A stretch of DNA of 64,000 nucleotides from Cyanophora paradoxa CCMP329 (Eukaryota > Plantae > Glaucophyta), in NCBI GenBank assembly GCA_004431415.1, contig QPMI01000519.1:1-64000 (forward strand), given 5' to 3'. Shown here piece by piece: positions 21,101 through 34,246 of this stretch (positions are counted from its first letter, which is position 1; the number at the start of each line of letters is the position of its first letter). Under the pieces are notes generated by a model, which saw nothing but the letters and a program-made list of their open reading frames with translations, was not told the origin of the DNA and made no database searches. Position numbers and translations under genes: made by a program.

Positions 21101-23430
21101 TGCGCCCCGCGCTCCCCCGCTCGCCGCGCTCGCCGCGCTCGCCGCGCTGCCGCGCCGCCGCGCCGCCGCCGCCAGCGAGAGCTCCGCCTCGGGGCCGCGC
21201 CGCGGGCCGCGCACCGAGGCCGGGCCCCAGTGCGGGCCGGCGAGGCCGCCGGACGCCTCCTCGCCGCTGTCCGAGTCGCCGGCGCTGGCGGGGGGACGGC
21301 GGGGGCGGGGGCCGGGGAGGTGCCGGCGGAGAGGGCGGGGTCGTGGGCGCGCTCGCCCGCTCGTCCGACTCCTGCACGGCTGAGAGCCCCGGTTGCGCCG
21401 CCGCGCTCCCGTAACGGCTGTGCAGGCCGCCCCGCCCCGGGCCCAGCGCGGGGGCGGCCCGGCGCCCCCGCCCGCTCCCAGCGCCGCCGGGGCCCTCGCC
21501 GTCGCCCCGCGGGGCGGACCCGGCGCGCGGGCGAGGCGGAGCGAGGAGCGGTCGGCGGCGCCCGGGCTGGGCTGGGGCCCGTAGCCGGGACTCCCCGGGG
21601 CGAGGCGGCGGGGCCGGGGCCGGAGCTGGGCCCGGGCTGGGCGGGGCTCCACGAGCGCCCCGCAAGCACCTCTTCGCCCTCCGAGTCGCCCCGCCGCCCC
21701 CGCCCCGCCCCCGCCGCCGCCCCCGCCGAAGAAGCTGCGGCCGCTGTAGCGGCCCGAGTAGGAGGAGGACGGGGCGGAGGCGGAGGCCGGGGAGAGGGGG
21801 CCCCCCGAGGGCCCCGCCGGGCCCTCCGGCTCGACGGAGATCGGGGGCGGGCCCCGCCGCCGCTCGGAGGCCCCGGGCGGGTGGTGGGGCGGGGAGGCGG
21901 CGCGCGGGGCGCCGTAGCGCGCGGGGGAGGCCGAGGGGATGGGAGGCGCCGGGGGGTGCATGCCGTGCTCGAAGACGCCGCTGGACTCGGATTCGGGGTG
22001 GTACCCCGCGCTGCCGGCGCTGCTGATGCTGCTGGACTTGGACGTGGTTCGCCCCAGTGGGGCCGGCGACGGCACCGGCGACGGCACGGGCGGCGGCGCG
22101 GCCGCAGCGCCGGCACCCGACGCGCTCCCGCCGCCGAATGGGTCCTCAGAGGAGAGTAAGGGGGCCCGTACCCCGCCGGCGGGGCGCGCTCCTGTTCGTG
22201 ATATGGGCATATCCCACGGGATCCTGCGGAAGGCTTGAGCGGCGGGGCGGGGCGGGGGCGGGGCGGGCGGGCGGGCGGGCGGGAAGGGATGGGCAGGGCG
22301 GGGCGCACCTCTGGCCGGCGCTGCGGCGCGGGGGCTTGGGGGTAGTCGCGGAGGGCTCCGAAGAGGTGGAGGCGGAGGAGGCGCAGGGATCGTCGGAGGC
22401 CTCCGGGGGGGGCCGAACGTGCTCCACGGTACCCCCCCGCAGGGAGGGGAGCGCGGGGTCCGAGAGGCGTTCCTGACGCGGGCCATCAGGCGGGGCGGGG
22501 CGGGGCGGGGCGGGGCGGGGCGGGGCGGGGAGGGAGGGAGGGGGGGGGGGGTACCTGCAGGGATTGGAGGGTACCGGCGTCGAGGGAGGAAGCGAGGGCG
22601 GAGCGGAGGCGCTCGCCGCCGAGGAGCGGCTGGAGGACGGCGGCGAGCTCCTGGGCCACGAACCGCACCCGCGCCGCCCCGTCCCCGAGGCACGCCGCGA
22701 GCGCCGAGAGCTGCGCCGGCCGTCTTCGATCGGCGCGGCGCGGCGCGGCGGGGGCGGGGGCGGGGGCGGCGGGCGCACGAAGGCGGGCCCGGCGAAGGGG
22801 GCGGCGGCGGCGGCGGAGGGCGCGAGGAAGGCGGCGATGAGGGCGTGGAGGACCTCCTCGCGGATGCGGGAGGAGGGCGACTGGAGCGCCGGCAGCAGCT
22901 GCGGGAAGACGACGGAGGGGCCGGCCTGCTCCACGAGGCCCGCCACGACCTTGTGCGACGCTTGCCGGATCACGATCTTGTTGTCCCCGAGGCGCTGCGC
23001 CACCCGACCGCACAGATTCGCGACCCCGTCAGCGGAGAAAGGAAGGAAAAGAACGCGGAAGACGGCCGGTGCGCACGTCGACAAGGGCCGGCAGGAGGCG
23101 CCCCAAATGCGGCTCGAGGCTGATGCGCCGGGACATCACATCTAGAACCGACAGAGCCTTCAACACGACCGTGAAGTTCGCATCCTTGAGCAGCCGGGTC
23201 AGCTGCTGGACCAGTTCCGCCCCGCTCTCAACCAGCTGCCGCTTGTCGTCCCCGCCCCGGACGGCGCGCACGCGCTCGAGGAGCTGCAGATCGGGTCAAG
23301 GCGGCAAGCAAGAGACAAGCGGGCGGTATGAAGGAACCTCGTCGACTGCGGCAGCCCGCGATTTCCAGTCGGCCTGGCCATCGAGGAGGGCAGCGGGGAG
23401 CAGCATGGGCCCTACGAGGCCGCTCTCCAT
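18188..23430 (-). CDS. TOG/CLASP-domain microtubule regulator (TOGARAM/crescerin-like), multi-exon
   Basis: HEAT/TOG segments DWKSR, LLKDANFTVVLKAL, LGDNKIVIRQ and SSRIREEVL. A low-complexity linker follows, then a second TOG: DWAAQHAGLTALRRVALHHPEVL...VDNL/RSSVSKNAI...LLKK...SHKNAAVR. The 3' end is uncertain. Confidence 0.75.
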
Positions 23431-23678
23431 GCTTGCGTCAGTGCCCGCGCATCGCTGGGTCCCGATCCCTTGTGCCGGTCAAGACTGTCGCCCGTATTGC
23501 TCCAGGTCCCGCGGGGCGCAAAGCTGCTTCTACCGGGCGCAAGGAGGGCAACGAGTGAGCCGGCGGGAGCTCTAGCTACGGCGTTCTCGCGGAATATGAG
23601 ACCGCTCGGGGGGTACAGCTGAACCCGATCTCTTCCTGGCAGTGCCGCCGAGGATCGCTCGCCGAGATCGCTTTTCTG

Positions 23679-26600
23679 ATGGTGGAGGAAGAGGCGGCCG
23701 GGGTCCTGAGCGACGCGCCGGTGGTGCCCGCGCATGGCTCGGGCCGTCAGACGCCGGTCACGTGGAGCCAGAGGAGCGTCGGCCACGTACAGGCGGATGG
23801 ACAGCTTATCATCTATCCTGCAGCGCCGAGCCCGCGCATGCGCCCTTCCCCGCCGCCAAACTCTGCGGGCGAAGAGGTCGTCGTGCTGTCGAGTTCGGAC
23901 GCGACGCAAGTCGTTCTCTACAACGCAGGCGAGCGCCTGGGCGCCACGCGCGATCCCTACCCCAGCGCTTCTGACCTGCGATGACCGCAGAGCGGAAGTC
24001 GCTCACTCTGCACTCGACGGAGCCCGCCGCGCACGCGATCTCTCCTTTTGAGCAAGCCTTTTGCCCTCTATGCAAGCAGCGGCGGTGCGGCCGCCTCTCC
24101 CTACGGCCGCTGCTTGCCGCAGCCGCCGCGACGACCCGCCGGAACACTCGGGCGCAGATTCCACGCGAGCGGCGCGGGCAGCTCCTTCCGGAACTTCACT
24201 GCCCAAGGCTACTTCTCACTGCTCGGTGCGGCGCGAGCCGCGACGCCCGGCGAGCCCCCGCCGACGGCGGCGCCACCGCCGACTCCCGCCCGCGCAGGCG
24301 CCACCGTCAGCGCCGAGGACCCCTCCTCTTCAGACAACGAAGCGAACGCTGCGCCGCAGCCGCCTCCGAAACCCGCCGGCCTGCGCTCCGACTATTTGAA
24401 CAGCGGGTACTACGCCCGGTTCTTTGAGGGCGCGTCCCCCGCTCCCCGGCTCCCCCGCCCGCCCCGTTCCCGTCCCGCCGCTCACGCCCGCAACAGAGGA
24501 GCGTAAGATCGGCTCCGGCGGCTTCGGCGCCGTGTACCTTGCCCGTGCGCAGCGAGCGTACCCCTGCCCGAGCCAAGCCGAGCCACTTCGTTCGCAGGGC
24601 ACGTCCTGCACGGGATCTCACTGGGGCAGTACGCCGTGAAGAAGGTCCCCGTGGGCGACAACCACGGTACCCCCGTCCCCGCCTCCCTCCCAGAACGCCG
24701 TACCCCTGCATCCGTTCCAACGCGGCACCCCCAGCCTGGTTCGTGAAGGTCCTCATGGAGGTTCGAGCCCTCGAGTCGCTCCATCACCCCAACGTGCGCC
24801 CCTGCGTACCACTCTTTCCCTGCCCCACTCACAATCCATCCCTCCCCCACCCCCGCACAGGTGGTTGGGTACAAGCACTCCTGGCTCGAGACCTCGCGCA
24901 CCGCCGACTTCGGGCCGGAGGTCCGTGCCCCCGAACGATCCCGGTCTCGACCCCGTACCCCCTTCCGACCCCATACCCCCCCCAGGTCCCCTGCCTCTTC
25001 ATTCTGATGGACTACGCGAACGGGGGCAACCTCGCGGACTACGTGCGCGAGCCGTACCCCGCCCCCTCTGCCCCACCCCATGCTGATCTGAATCTGTGTC
25101 TGAGCTCGGGCTGTGCGCAGGTGCAGGGGAAGGGCGGGCGGGACAAGCGGCGCATTCTGGAGGACTCCGAGATCTGGTCGCGTGCGCCTCCTTCCCCCCC
25201 CCTCCCCCCCCCCTCCCCCCCCCCCCTCCCTCCCTTACGGCCCCTCTATGCCCCAGTGTTCATCGACATCTGCCTGGGGCTGCGCCACCTCCACCACTCC
25301 GCCATCATCCACCGCGACCTCAAGGTCCGTATCCCCCCTTCCCCCGCCTCCGACCCCCCCACCCACCTCTCCAGCTTTGCTGACCGTCCGCCAGGCCCAG
25401 AACCTCCTCCTGCACACGACCTACGACCCCGTCTGCAACACCGCGCAGGTCCGCCCGCCCCCTCCCGCGCGGAAGCTCTTTCTAGCTCTAGAGAAAAGTA
25501 GCTCTAGTCCCAGTTCCGCCCTTCTTTAACCTCTGGTTCTCCTGAGGAGCCGCCGCCCACGACTGCGCCGCTCACGGCCGCCCGGCCCCTCCGCGCGCCG
25601 CAGACACACGTCATGATCTCGGACTTCGGGCAGTGCCAGGTGCGACCCCTCCCTGCCCCCGCCCCCCTGCTCCTATCTTCCCGCCACCCCGCCGTCCCCC
25701 CTCTCAGCTCCCCCTCGCAGACGGCGCACTCGATCCGGAACACCCTCAAGCGCACCGGGAACACCGGCACCGTGCGCCCTCCGCTTTGCCTTAGCTTGCC
25801 TCGCCCCAGCTCGGCTGAGCTCGCATTGCATTTGCGTCGTATCCCGAGATAGAGCGAACCTTCTGACCTCGTCCGTTCGCCGTACCCCCCAGGTGGAGTA
25901 CGTGGCGCCGGAGCTGCTCGTGACGGACGAGCGCGGCGAGTTCCGCACCGACTACGACGACAAGGTGCCGCGTACCCCCCTTTCCTCCCCTTCGTTCCCC
26001 TGCCGCCTGCCGACGGTACCCCCCGCAGAGCGACGTCTGGTCCCTCGGCGTGATCCTCTACCTCCTCTGCTTCTCCCAGCTCCCCTTCCAGAGCGGGTGG
26101 GCAGCGTACCCCGTATTCCCGAAAGTGGACGGCTCACATTCCGGGGTACAGCGACTCCGAGGAGCTCGTTCGCCTCATCGTGGGCGCCTCCGCCCCGTGC
26201 GCCCCTCTACCCCCCCTCCCCCCCCTCCCCCCTCCGAACGCAGCGGCGCAGGTTCCCGGCGGCGCCGAAGCGGCCGGCGGGGCTGCTGGAGCTGGTGGAG
26301 TGCCTCCTGCGGCGGGACCCGGCCGCCCGCCCCTCCATCGACGCCGTCCTCAAGCTCCCCGAGGCGCGCGAGATCGGATCTGACACGAACTGATCTGATC
26401 TGAGCTATCTTAGCTGAGCTGAGCGTGTCTGCCCCCCCCCCCCCCCCCCCCCCCGGCAGGTCGAGCGGCAGATGAAGCGCCTGAAGCGGGAGGAGCTGTA
26501 CCCCCCGGCGCCACCGCGCCCCGCCCCGTCCCCGGGCGCCGTGCGTAACCCTCTCGCGCCATCCTCCTCCGTCAGCCCCGGCTCATTGGGTCACAGGCGG

Positions 26601-27830
26601 GGCCCATCGCGATGCGCCGGTCGGAGGCTGTGGGCCTCCCGCCGCCCCGCCGCCCCTCGCCGCGGCGCCGGCCGCCTCGGCCTCGTCGGCCGCCCCCGCC
26701 GACGCCTCCACGCTCGCCCTCCGCCGCTCCCCGCTGGCCCCGCTCCGCATGCCCCCGGCCGCCGCCCCCTCCCCGGCCCGCGCCCTCCCGCCGCGCCCCC
26801 CGCCCTCGCCCCCCTCCTCCCGCTCCTCCTCGGCCTCGCCGGCCCGGGCCCCGCCGGCGGCGGCCGACCCGCTCTCCTTCCTCGCGCGGGGCCCACCCTC
26901 GCCCCTGCGCGCCTCCTCCTCCAGCAGCGCTCCGGCCTCGCCCGCCCCGCGCCCCTCCACCGGCGGCGGCGGCCGCGGCGCACCCCGCTGGGCCCCGAGG
27001 AGGCGGTGGCGGCGGAGCGGGCGACGGTGGTGGGGGGCCTGCAGATCCGCCGCATCCCCTCCGACGCCGTCATCGACGACGCCGCCTCCGACGCCCCGCC
27101 CGGCCCCCGGCGCGGACCCCCTCCTCCCCCGCAGCCGATTCTCCTTTGAACGGGCGCGTGCGCGCTTCTTCGCAGGCGGCGCCTGGAGGTGCTGGAGGAA
27201 GGGGAGGGGGGCGGAGGCTCACCCCCCGGCGCCCCCGCCTCCCCCGCCGCGGCCGCCCGCCGCCCGCCGGCGCTCCGGTGCCGACCTCGGCTCGCCGTCG
27301 GGGCCGGCGGCGAAGCGGCGGCGCTCGGCGTCGGCGGGCCGGGGGAGGGGGCGGGGCGCTGCTGGGCTCGGCGGGGGCGCGGCAGGCGCTCCTCGCGGCG
27401 CTGCTCGTGGCCCAGGTGGCGCTCTGCGTGGAGCCGTGCGCCGGCCCCGCCGCCGGGGGCCCCGGCCCCTCCGCCTCTACCCCGCCGCCGCCCTCGCCGC
27501 CCTCTCCGTCGCCTTTGGCTCCTCCCCGCGCAACGCCGCCCGCGGCCTCGCCGCCGCCCTCGCCCAGTTCCTCTGGAACGCCGCCGCCGCCGGCCTCGGC
27601 GCCGGCTGCGCGGCGGGCCCGGCGGCTCCGCCGCCGGCGTCGGCCACGCCGCCGCCCTCTTCGCCGCGGCGGCGGCCCTCCACCTCATGCCCGTGCTCCT
27701 CGCGGCGCCCCGCCGGGGCGGCGAGGCGCCGGCGCTCCCGGCCCCGTCCGAGACCCCGGCGCTGCCCCCGGCCAGCCCGGGGACAGGGCTTCCGCCGGGG
27801 CCGCGCTCGGAGAAGCCTTCCCCCTTCTAG
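23679..27830 (+). CDS. IKS1: IKS1-family Ser/Thr protein kinase, multi-exon
   Basis: GYYARFFE/EERKIGSGGFGAVYL, LGQYAVKKVPVGDNH, LHHPN/VVGYKHSWLE...FGPE/VPCLFILMDYANGGNL, IIHRDLK, ISDFG, RTGNTGT/VEYVAPEL and DVWSLG. Also an N-terminal CPLC and C-terminal hydrophobic helices as in IKS1. Confidence 0.85.
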
Positions 27831-27902
27831 TTTCCCTTCCATCCCCTTCCATCCCTTCCAAGCGAACGAATTCTTCGTTCGTCATTAAGCGGATCGGATC
27901 CG

Positions 27903-29739
27903 CTAGACTAGTCGAGTAAGTAAGCCAGTCGAGTTCCTTGAACAAGCTGCATATATATCGAGAGCGCTGTGTAATAGTGGGAGCAGCTCGTTCCTTCCTA
28001 CAGCTACTCGTCGACGTCGAATGAAACTCGAACGCCCATCAGTGAGCCAGTAATGAGCTGCCGCTCTGGCCTGTCCGTGGCCCTCGCGGCTTCTCCAGAC
28101 AACTGCACGTGTGGTTGCTTGAGTTATAATGATCATGTGACTCTAGAAACGAATATGGAATGCACTCGGAGTTTGCGGATGTGCTTGAGTGAACCGATGG
28201 AAAGTAGGTCCGTTAGGACAGGCAGAAGGGACTTGACTTCCAAGACGCGAAGATTCGGCACGTCAGACGCGAGACGCTGCACAGTAGACGTCGACGAGTC
28301 AGGAAAGAGCCAAACACCGATCTCTTAGCTCGCAGTAGGCACCTTTAAGAAAGAGCCCGGAATCACAGAGCCATCCCCGCGCAGCTCAATGACAAGGCTC
28401 TCCAGACGGGTCCATGCCGCGAGCGAGCGGCCTGCCAGGGCCTCGAAGACGGCCGGGGGGAAGGTGAGGTTGGCCACCTGGATCACGTAAATTAGAGTAA
28501 TCTCAAGGAGGAGAGACGGCAACCGCAATGTGAGCGCACCTGAAGGGACGGGCAGCTAGAAAGCGCCACAGCAATTTTTATCGCTCGGTCTGCTGAAGAA
28601 GCACCGATATCGTAGTCCAGACAGAGAGCCGTGAGTTTTGTAGCAGATGACAGAGGAGCTAGGTCGACCTCGGCCTGGTCAGTGATGTTTGCGAAGAAGC
28701 GCTGAAGCAGAGGCATCTGTGAGATGAAGCCGATCCAGCCTAGGTGACACTCGAGGTCTAGGTCTACGTATTGGCAGGTTAATTAAATTCAAACATTACA
28801 GTTTGAGCAGAAGACGAGAAAATGAGACGTACCCCGGACTCGTGTAAGGTTGCACAGTGGGCGAAGGTCATCCACCTTGCAGTCCGTCTGTAACCATGCG
28901 CCGGTATCTGCGCTGCGAAAAGAGAGCCCCAGCATCTCCAGAGCTGCGAACTTCGCTGCTGCTTCGAAAATCTCTAGTGGCGGTTGGTTCGTGCCGAGGA
29001 AGGCATGAAACTGCAGCGCTTGCAGCGAGGGAGCGAGGGGGGCGAGCGCCCGGAGGACAGTGACCGGAACGGGGACCATGAGATCAAGCATCTGCAATGC
29101 ACTTCAGCTTAGATTATAGTAAAACCTTGGGAGATCACGCACTTTTAGATTCGGAAGGAGAGATAGGAGGGAGAGGGACTGCTGAACGGCAGTCGTTGCC
29201 GGCGACTCAAAAGGCACCATCCCGATGTACAAGCTACGGAGCCGCTGCATAGAACTGATGGCAGCAATGCTGGGAGCTGCAGGCTTGCTGGCATCGATAT
29301 CTATTTCAGCGAAGTAAACTCCAAAATCCTCAAGCTGATCACGGAAAGCCGCTACGAACTTGAAGAAGCCATCAAACGACACAGTACTGCAGTTCAGCAC
29401 AATCCGCCGCACTGCCTTCCGCGCCTTCTCAGGCAGCTTCGTCAGAGCCTCTACTTCCGCGTCGTCCAGATCGCTCAGAGCTGCGCGGCCCCACAAGCTG
29501 CCATCGTCCACGATCCGCCGAAACCGCCGGCACACCGCCTTTAGCTTTACGAGCCGATCAGGCTGTACGTCCGGCTGGTCGTCTTCAGGGTCGAAAAAGC
29601 TACGGCATGGCGGAAGCCAGCGCCAGTCACGCCGCGCCGCCTCGAACAGCACGCGCCCGAGCAGCTCGTCGGGCAGCGCGTCCAGCGGGCTGCCGCCGGC
29701 CGCTATCGCCGCTGCCACGCTCGCGATCGGCGCTGCCAT
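27903..29739 (-). CDS. F-box/leucine-rich-repeat protein (copy 1)
   Basis: PLDALPDELLGRVL...LKAVCRRFRRIV F-box, then LRR-like repeats (LRSLYI, LQALQF, LTALCL, LESLVI). The 3' end is approximate. Confidence 0.75.
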
Positions 29740-30281
29740 ACCGCTGCTGATTGATCCGCTCGCCGAGTTCCCAGCTGCGAGCAAACGTTAACCGTGCACG
29801 TGAGCAGTCGAAATGGCCGAGCCGCGGACCACGCGCACCGCCAGCTGCAGAGGACGCGGAAGCCGCGTTGCTCGATGCAGCTCCCTGCGATGCGCCGAGT
29901 TCCGCGGCCTGCGCTCCGCCTGCCGCCGTTGTGTCGCGGTCAGCACCTAAGCCCGCTGAGCGCAGGGGCGCGCATCGAGCTAACCTTCGCCTCCGTTCGC
30001 CGCTGTCCGCGCCCGCTTCGCCCGGCTTTCGCGCGCCATTTCGTCTGGGGGGATGGAGTGTGTTGCGGGTACGTACGAGCCGCGCGCGCGCCGCCGCCGC
30101 CGCGGCTGCGTGCGCGTACGCGTGCACGTGCGCGCGGACGCGCGCCGGGCTCTGCGCGCTGCTTAACGCAGCCACGTGCACTCAGCATTCAACTTTTTGG
30201 CAAGTGCGATTGCAGTTGCAACGTTTTTAACTGCTGCCCAATTTCGAAGGGCCCCCAAGCGAATACGACCAGAGGTCTAAA

Positions 30282-32370
30282 TTAGTTAATTCGAACATGG
30301 GCGGCGGCTCCAAAACGAGCTCCAAACGAGCGGCGGCGGGGGACGCGACTCGCGAGGGGGCCACAGCTAGTCGAAGTAGGGGAGGAGCTGGGTGCGGGGT
30401 AGGAGCGCCCGCAGGAAGTCCCGGTCCTCCTCGTCGTGCTCCTCCGTCCCCGCCCCCCGCAGGCACAGCCGCCGCAGCCGCCCCAGCGACCCGATCGCCT
30501 GCGCATACGCACGCAGCTCAGGAGAAGAAGAAGGGAAGAAGCGGGGGGGTACGCGAGCCTCGAGGTCGAGGTCGCCCGGCTCCGGGAGGGAGCTGTGCGC
30601 GATGAGCTCCTGGAGGCTGGGTACGTCCTCCCCGAGCCGCTGGGGGCACGCGATCGGCGAAGGAATAGGGTACCCCTGAAGGGAGGGGAGAAGGGCGCAC
30701 GCGGAGGAGGGGGGCGGGGATGGAGTGCTCGCGGTGCGGGGAGCCGAACCCGGCCTTCCTGAGGCGCCCCAGGCCCCGCAGGCTCACCTGAGCCAGCGCC
30801 TCCAGCGTCGCCAGGCTCGACATCAGGGTCAGGACCTGAGGCGGGTTTCGGGGGGTACGCGAAGCGGGCGAGGAAACGGGGGGGCACGCGCCTCGAGGTT
30901 GGCGAGGGCGGGGAGGGCGGCGACGAGGGAGTCGCAGGGGCCGTTCCCGAGCAGCCCGACGTTCAGCTCCCGCAGCGTCCCCGCCACTGCGGGAGGGAAT
31001 TACGCGAGGGGGCGGGGAGGGAAGGGGGAGGGCTACGGGCGCGCCGGCCTCCAGGGGGCTCATGTCGACGTTGTCCGCGCCCCGGATCAGGAGCGTCTGG
31101 AGGGTACGGGTTCGGACGGGGGTACGGGATCGGCGGGCGGGCACGGGAAGAGACCTGGATGTGGGGTACGGCCCGCACAAACTCGATGTTGTCCACGTTC
31201 CTCGTGACGCGCAGCGCTGGCGGGTGCACGATTAACGCGAGACTTGGGGGTACGAGCTAGCGCATACCGGTGAGGTTGGGGAAGCGGAGGGCGGGTACCC
31301 CCTGCCCCTCGAGGCCCTGCCCCTCTGCACGGAGCTCCCTCAGGTTCGGGGCGATCAGCCCGAGGCGCTGCAGGGACGGGGGTACGTCAAAACGATGCGC
31401 CGCGGGACGGGAGGGGGAGGGGGGGGGCGGGGGCGCCTCGAGGAAGGCGCGGGAGACGCCGTCCTCGGCGACGCAGGAGCGCAGCTTGGGGAGGCAGCCG
31501 TCCGGGAGGGCCCTGCACGGCCCCCTCGCTCCGGGGCCGAAGCGGGGGCGGGGGCGGGGCGGGGGCTCGCGGGGGGCGGGCGCACGGGGCGGGGGCCTCC
31601 TTCTCCTTGCGCTTCTTGCCGCGGGCCGGCCTCGCCTTCGCCGGCGGCGCCTCCGCCAGCGCCTCGAAGCAGTCCCGCGGCACCTGCAGCTCCAGCATCT
31701 GCAGCGGAGCGAGGCCCGTCAGCGGTGCGGCGCTGCTGAGGCGGGAGGGTCCGGGAAGCGCGCGCCTCGAGGGCCGGGAGGGCGAGGAGCAGGGGGGGGA
31801 GGGCGCGGGCGAGGCCGGGGGCGGGGAGGTTGCCGGGGGCCGCCCAGAGGAGGGCGAGGGAGCGGAGGGAGGGCGCGAGGGCCGCCACGGGCTCCAGGCT
31901 GCAAGCGGCGCCCAGCTCCAGCCTCAGGTGCTCCAGCCCGCGCAGCGGCCGCAGGAACGACGTCGACTCGACCCGCACCCCCAGCGAGAGCGCTGCCGCA
32001 GCAGCGCGGTCAGGGAGAAGCGGGCGCGGCGGGGTTCGATCCGGGGGCTCGCCGGTCAGCTTCGTGAGGCCCTCGATGGGCTCCAGGTCCGCCTGAGTCG
32101 CGGCGGGGGCCACCTTTGGAGGGGCACTGGGTCAGGAAGATCCGAGAGGGGGGACGGAGAGGAGGGCGGCTACCTCGTTGTCGAGCGAGTGCCCGAAGAA
32201 GCGGAGGCGGAGCTGCGGGCGGGTAAGAAACGCGAGCTCCGCGCAGGCGGGGGCCGGGGCGGGCGGCGGGGCGGGGCGGGGCGGGGCGACCTTCTGGAGG
32301 GAGCGCAGGTGGGAGAGGGCGCGCAGGGCGGGCGCCGGAGAGCTCGCCCCTGCCGGGGGCGTGGGCCGAG

Positions 32371-32406
<36 letters not shown>

Positions 32407-33912
32407 CGGCGGGACACTGGCGCGCACGTGGGAGTGGGGGGGGAAGAGCGAGAGGTCCGCGCACTGGAGCGACGCGGCGAGGGGCGCCGAGGGGTCGCAG
32501 AGGGGCGCCAGGGCCCCGTAGGACAGTGGCAGGCCCTGCACCTCGAGCTTCCTCAGCCGCAGCCGCGAGAACAGCCCGAACGACGCCTGCGGCGAAAGTT
32601 CGGCGAAGGGAGGGGCAGCCCCCGGGGTACGGGACGGCCCGCGGGGCACCTGGACGGCGCCGTTGAGGAGCTTCTGCAGGTCGACCTCGTGCCACGAGTA
32701 GAGCGCCTGGGGGTACGAAAGAGTCAGACACGAGAGGCAGAGGGGATCGTGCAGCGCCGGCCTGGGGTCGGGCGCACGAGGGAGCGGAGGGAGGAGAACT
32801 GGTGGATGAGGGTGAGGGCGGGGAGGCAGACGCAGTCCGAGTCGGACTCCGCCGAGGGGATGAACGTGCAGCTGCGCGGCGCAGCGCCGTCAGAACGAGG
32901 CGCCGCGTCTCCAAGAGAGCCGTCTGGGGCGCGCCTCATGTCCTCGAGGTTGGGGAGGGCGCGGTGGATGGCGCGCCAGCCGCGGAAGCTGAGGTGCCCG
33001 TCGGGGTCGGCGATGACGAAGGAGAGGCTGCGGACGGCCTCCCGGGCCCGCGCCGGGAGCTTCCCCAGCCCCAGGAACGCCTCGTCCGTCACCTCCTGCA
33101 CCGCCAGCCGCGCGTACATCGACCCGTGGTCCACCAGCTGCGCCGCGGGGGGTGCGCGTTGGCCGGGGGGGCACTGCGCGGCGCGGCGCGGGGCCGGGGT
33201 AGAGGCGCGCCTTGCGGAAGCGGGAGGAGACGAGGCGGAACTGGACGAGCTTGGCCGGCTGCACGTCCAGCGGCGACTCCTGCCCGCCGGCCCGCACGGC
33301 CCCGCGCAGCGTCGGGCGCGCTGCGCTCGGCGCGGGCCGGGCGGGTGCGGATCGGTCACCTGCGGGTCCAGGGGATTGCAGTCCTGGGCGGGCAATGAGA
33401 GACGATCCCTCGTGCCCCAGCAGAAGAAAACGACGTACCGCGCAGATCGGCGAGTCACACCAGTCGCGGCGCGCTGCCATCGCCAGGATCCGTGAGAGCA
33501 CGCCATCAGGAAGCACATCCAGAGGGCATGCGTCTGCGTACAAGGAGCTGTCACAGGATGCGAACGCAGGCGGTGACAGGGGGCGCGGGGCGAATCTCCC
33601 GCTAGATCCGGGAGCGTATTTGTGCACTTAAGCGCACGGCGATGGGCCGCGCGCATCACATCGGCGCTTCGTGCTCTCGTTTGACAGGAGCGCCTCTACG
33701 GGCCATCGGGGGCGCTGCGGAACGAACCAGGGTCGCTCTGCGGAGCATTCTGCTTCGTGTCTGCAGCCCAGGCCTGCGTACTCGAAGTTGCGGGGCCTGC
33801 GAGCGAGCCGTCGTCGGCGCGAGCGGCGCAGCGCCGCACGCTCAGGGGCGCAGCTCATACCTGCCTCGTCGTCCTCCGCAGCGCGGGCGCGCTTCCTCGT
33901 CTGCCGGGCCAT
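30282..33912 (-). CDS. F-box/leucine-rich-repeat protein (copy 2, paralog of copy 1), intron-rich
   Basis: PLDVLPDGVLSRILAMAARRDW...DVQPAKLVQFRLVSSRFRK/LVDHGS...KLPARAREAVRSL, followed by LRR exons. Boundaries approximate. Confidence 0.7.
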
Positions 33913-34246
33913 CGCGCTTGTTCGTTCGTACCCCTAACCAGACTTCTCCCCCCCAAACTTTGAGCTAGCTTGTTGATCTGCGAGCTGTCCCGCTGCCTTG
34001 AGGACTACAGCTACGCGAACAAACCCTCACCAAGAGCACAGCTCGGCGGTACTCGCGTACCGGCTGCGCCTGATCCGTCTGGCTCTGCAACCTTAGCTAT
34101 TTCGCTCCAGCACAGGCGCCGACCACAGGCAGAGCAGCGCAAGGCGCAGGTCGCCTGTGGGCGCCAGTGGCAGCCTGTCAGAAGCGCCCGCAGGCCAGCC
34201 AGGTCGCCTCCACCTCCTCCGCCGCCTCCAGCGCCCGCAGGCCAGC

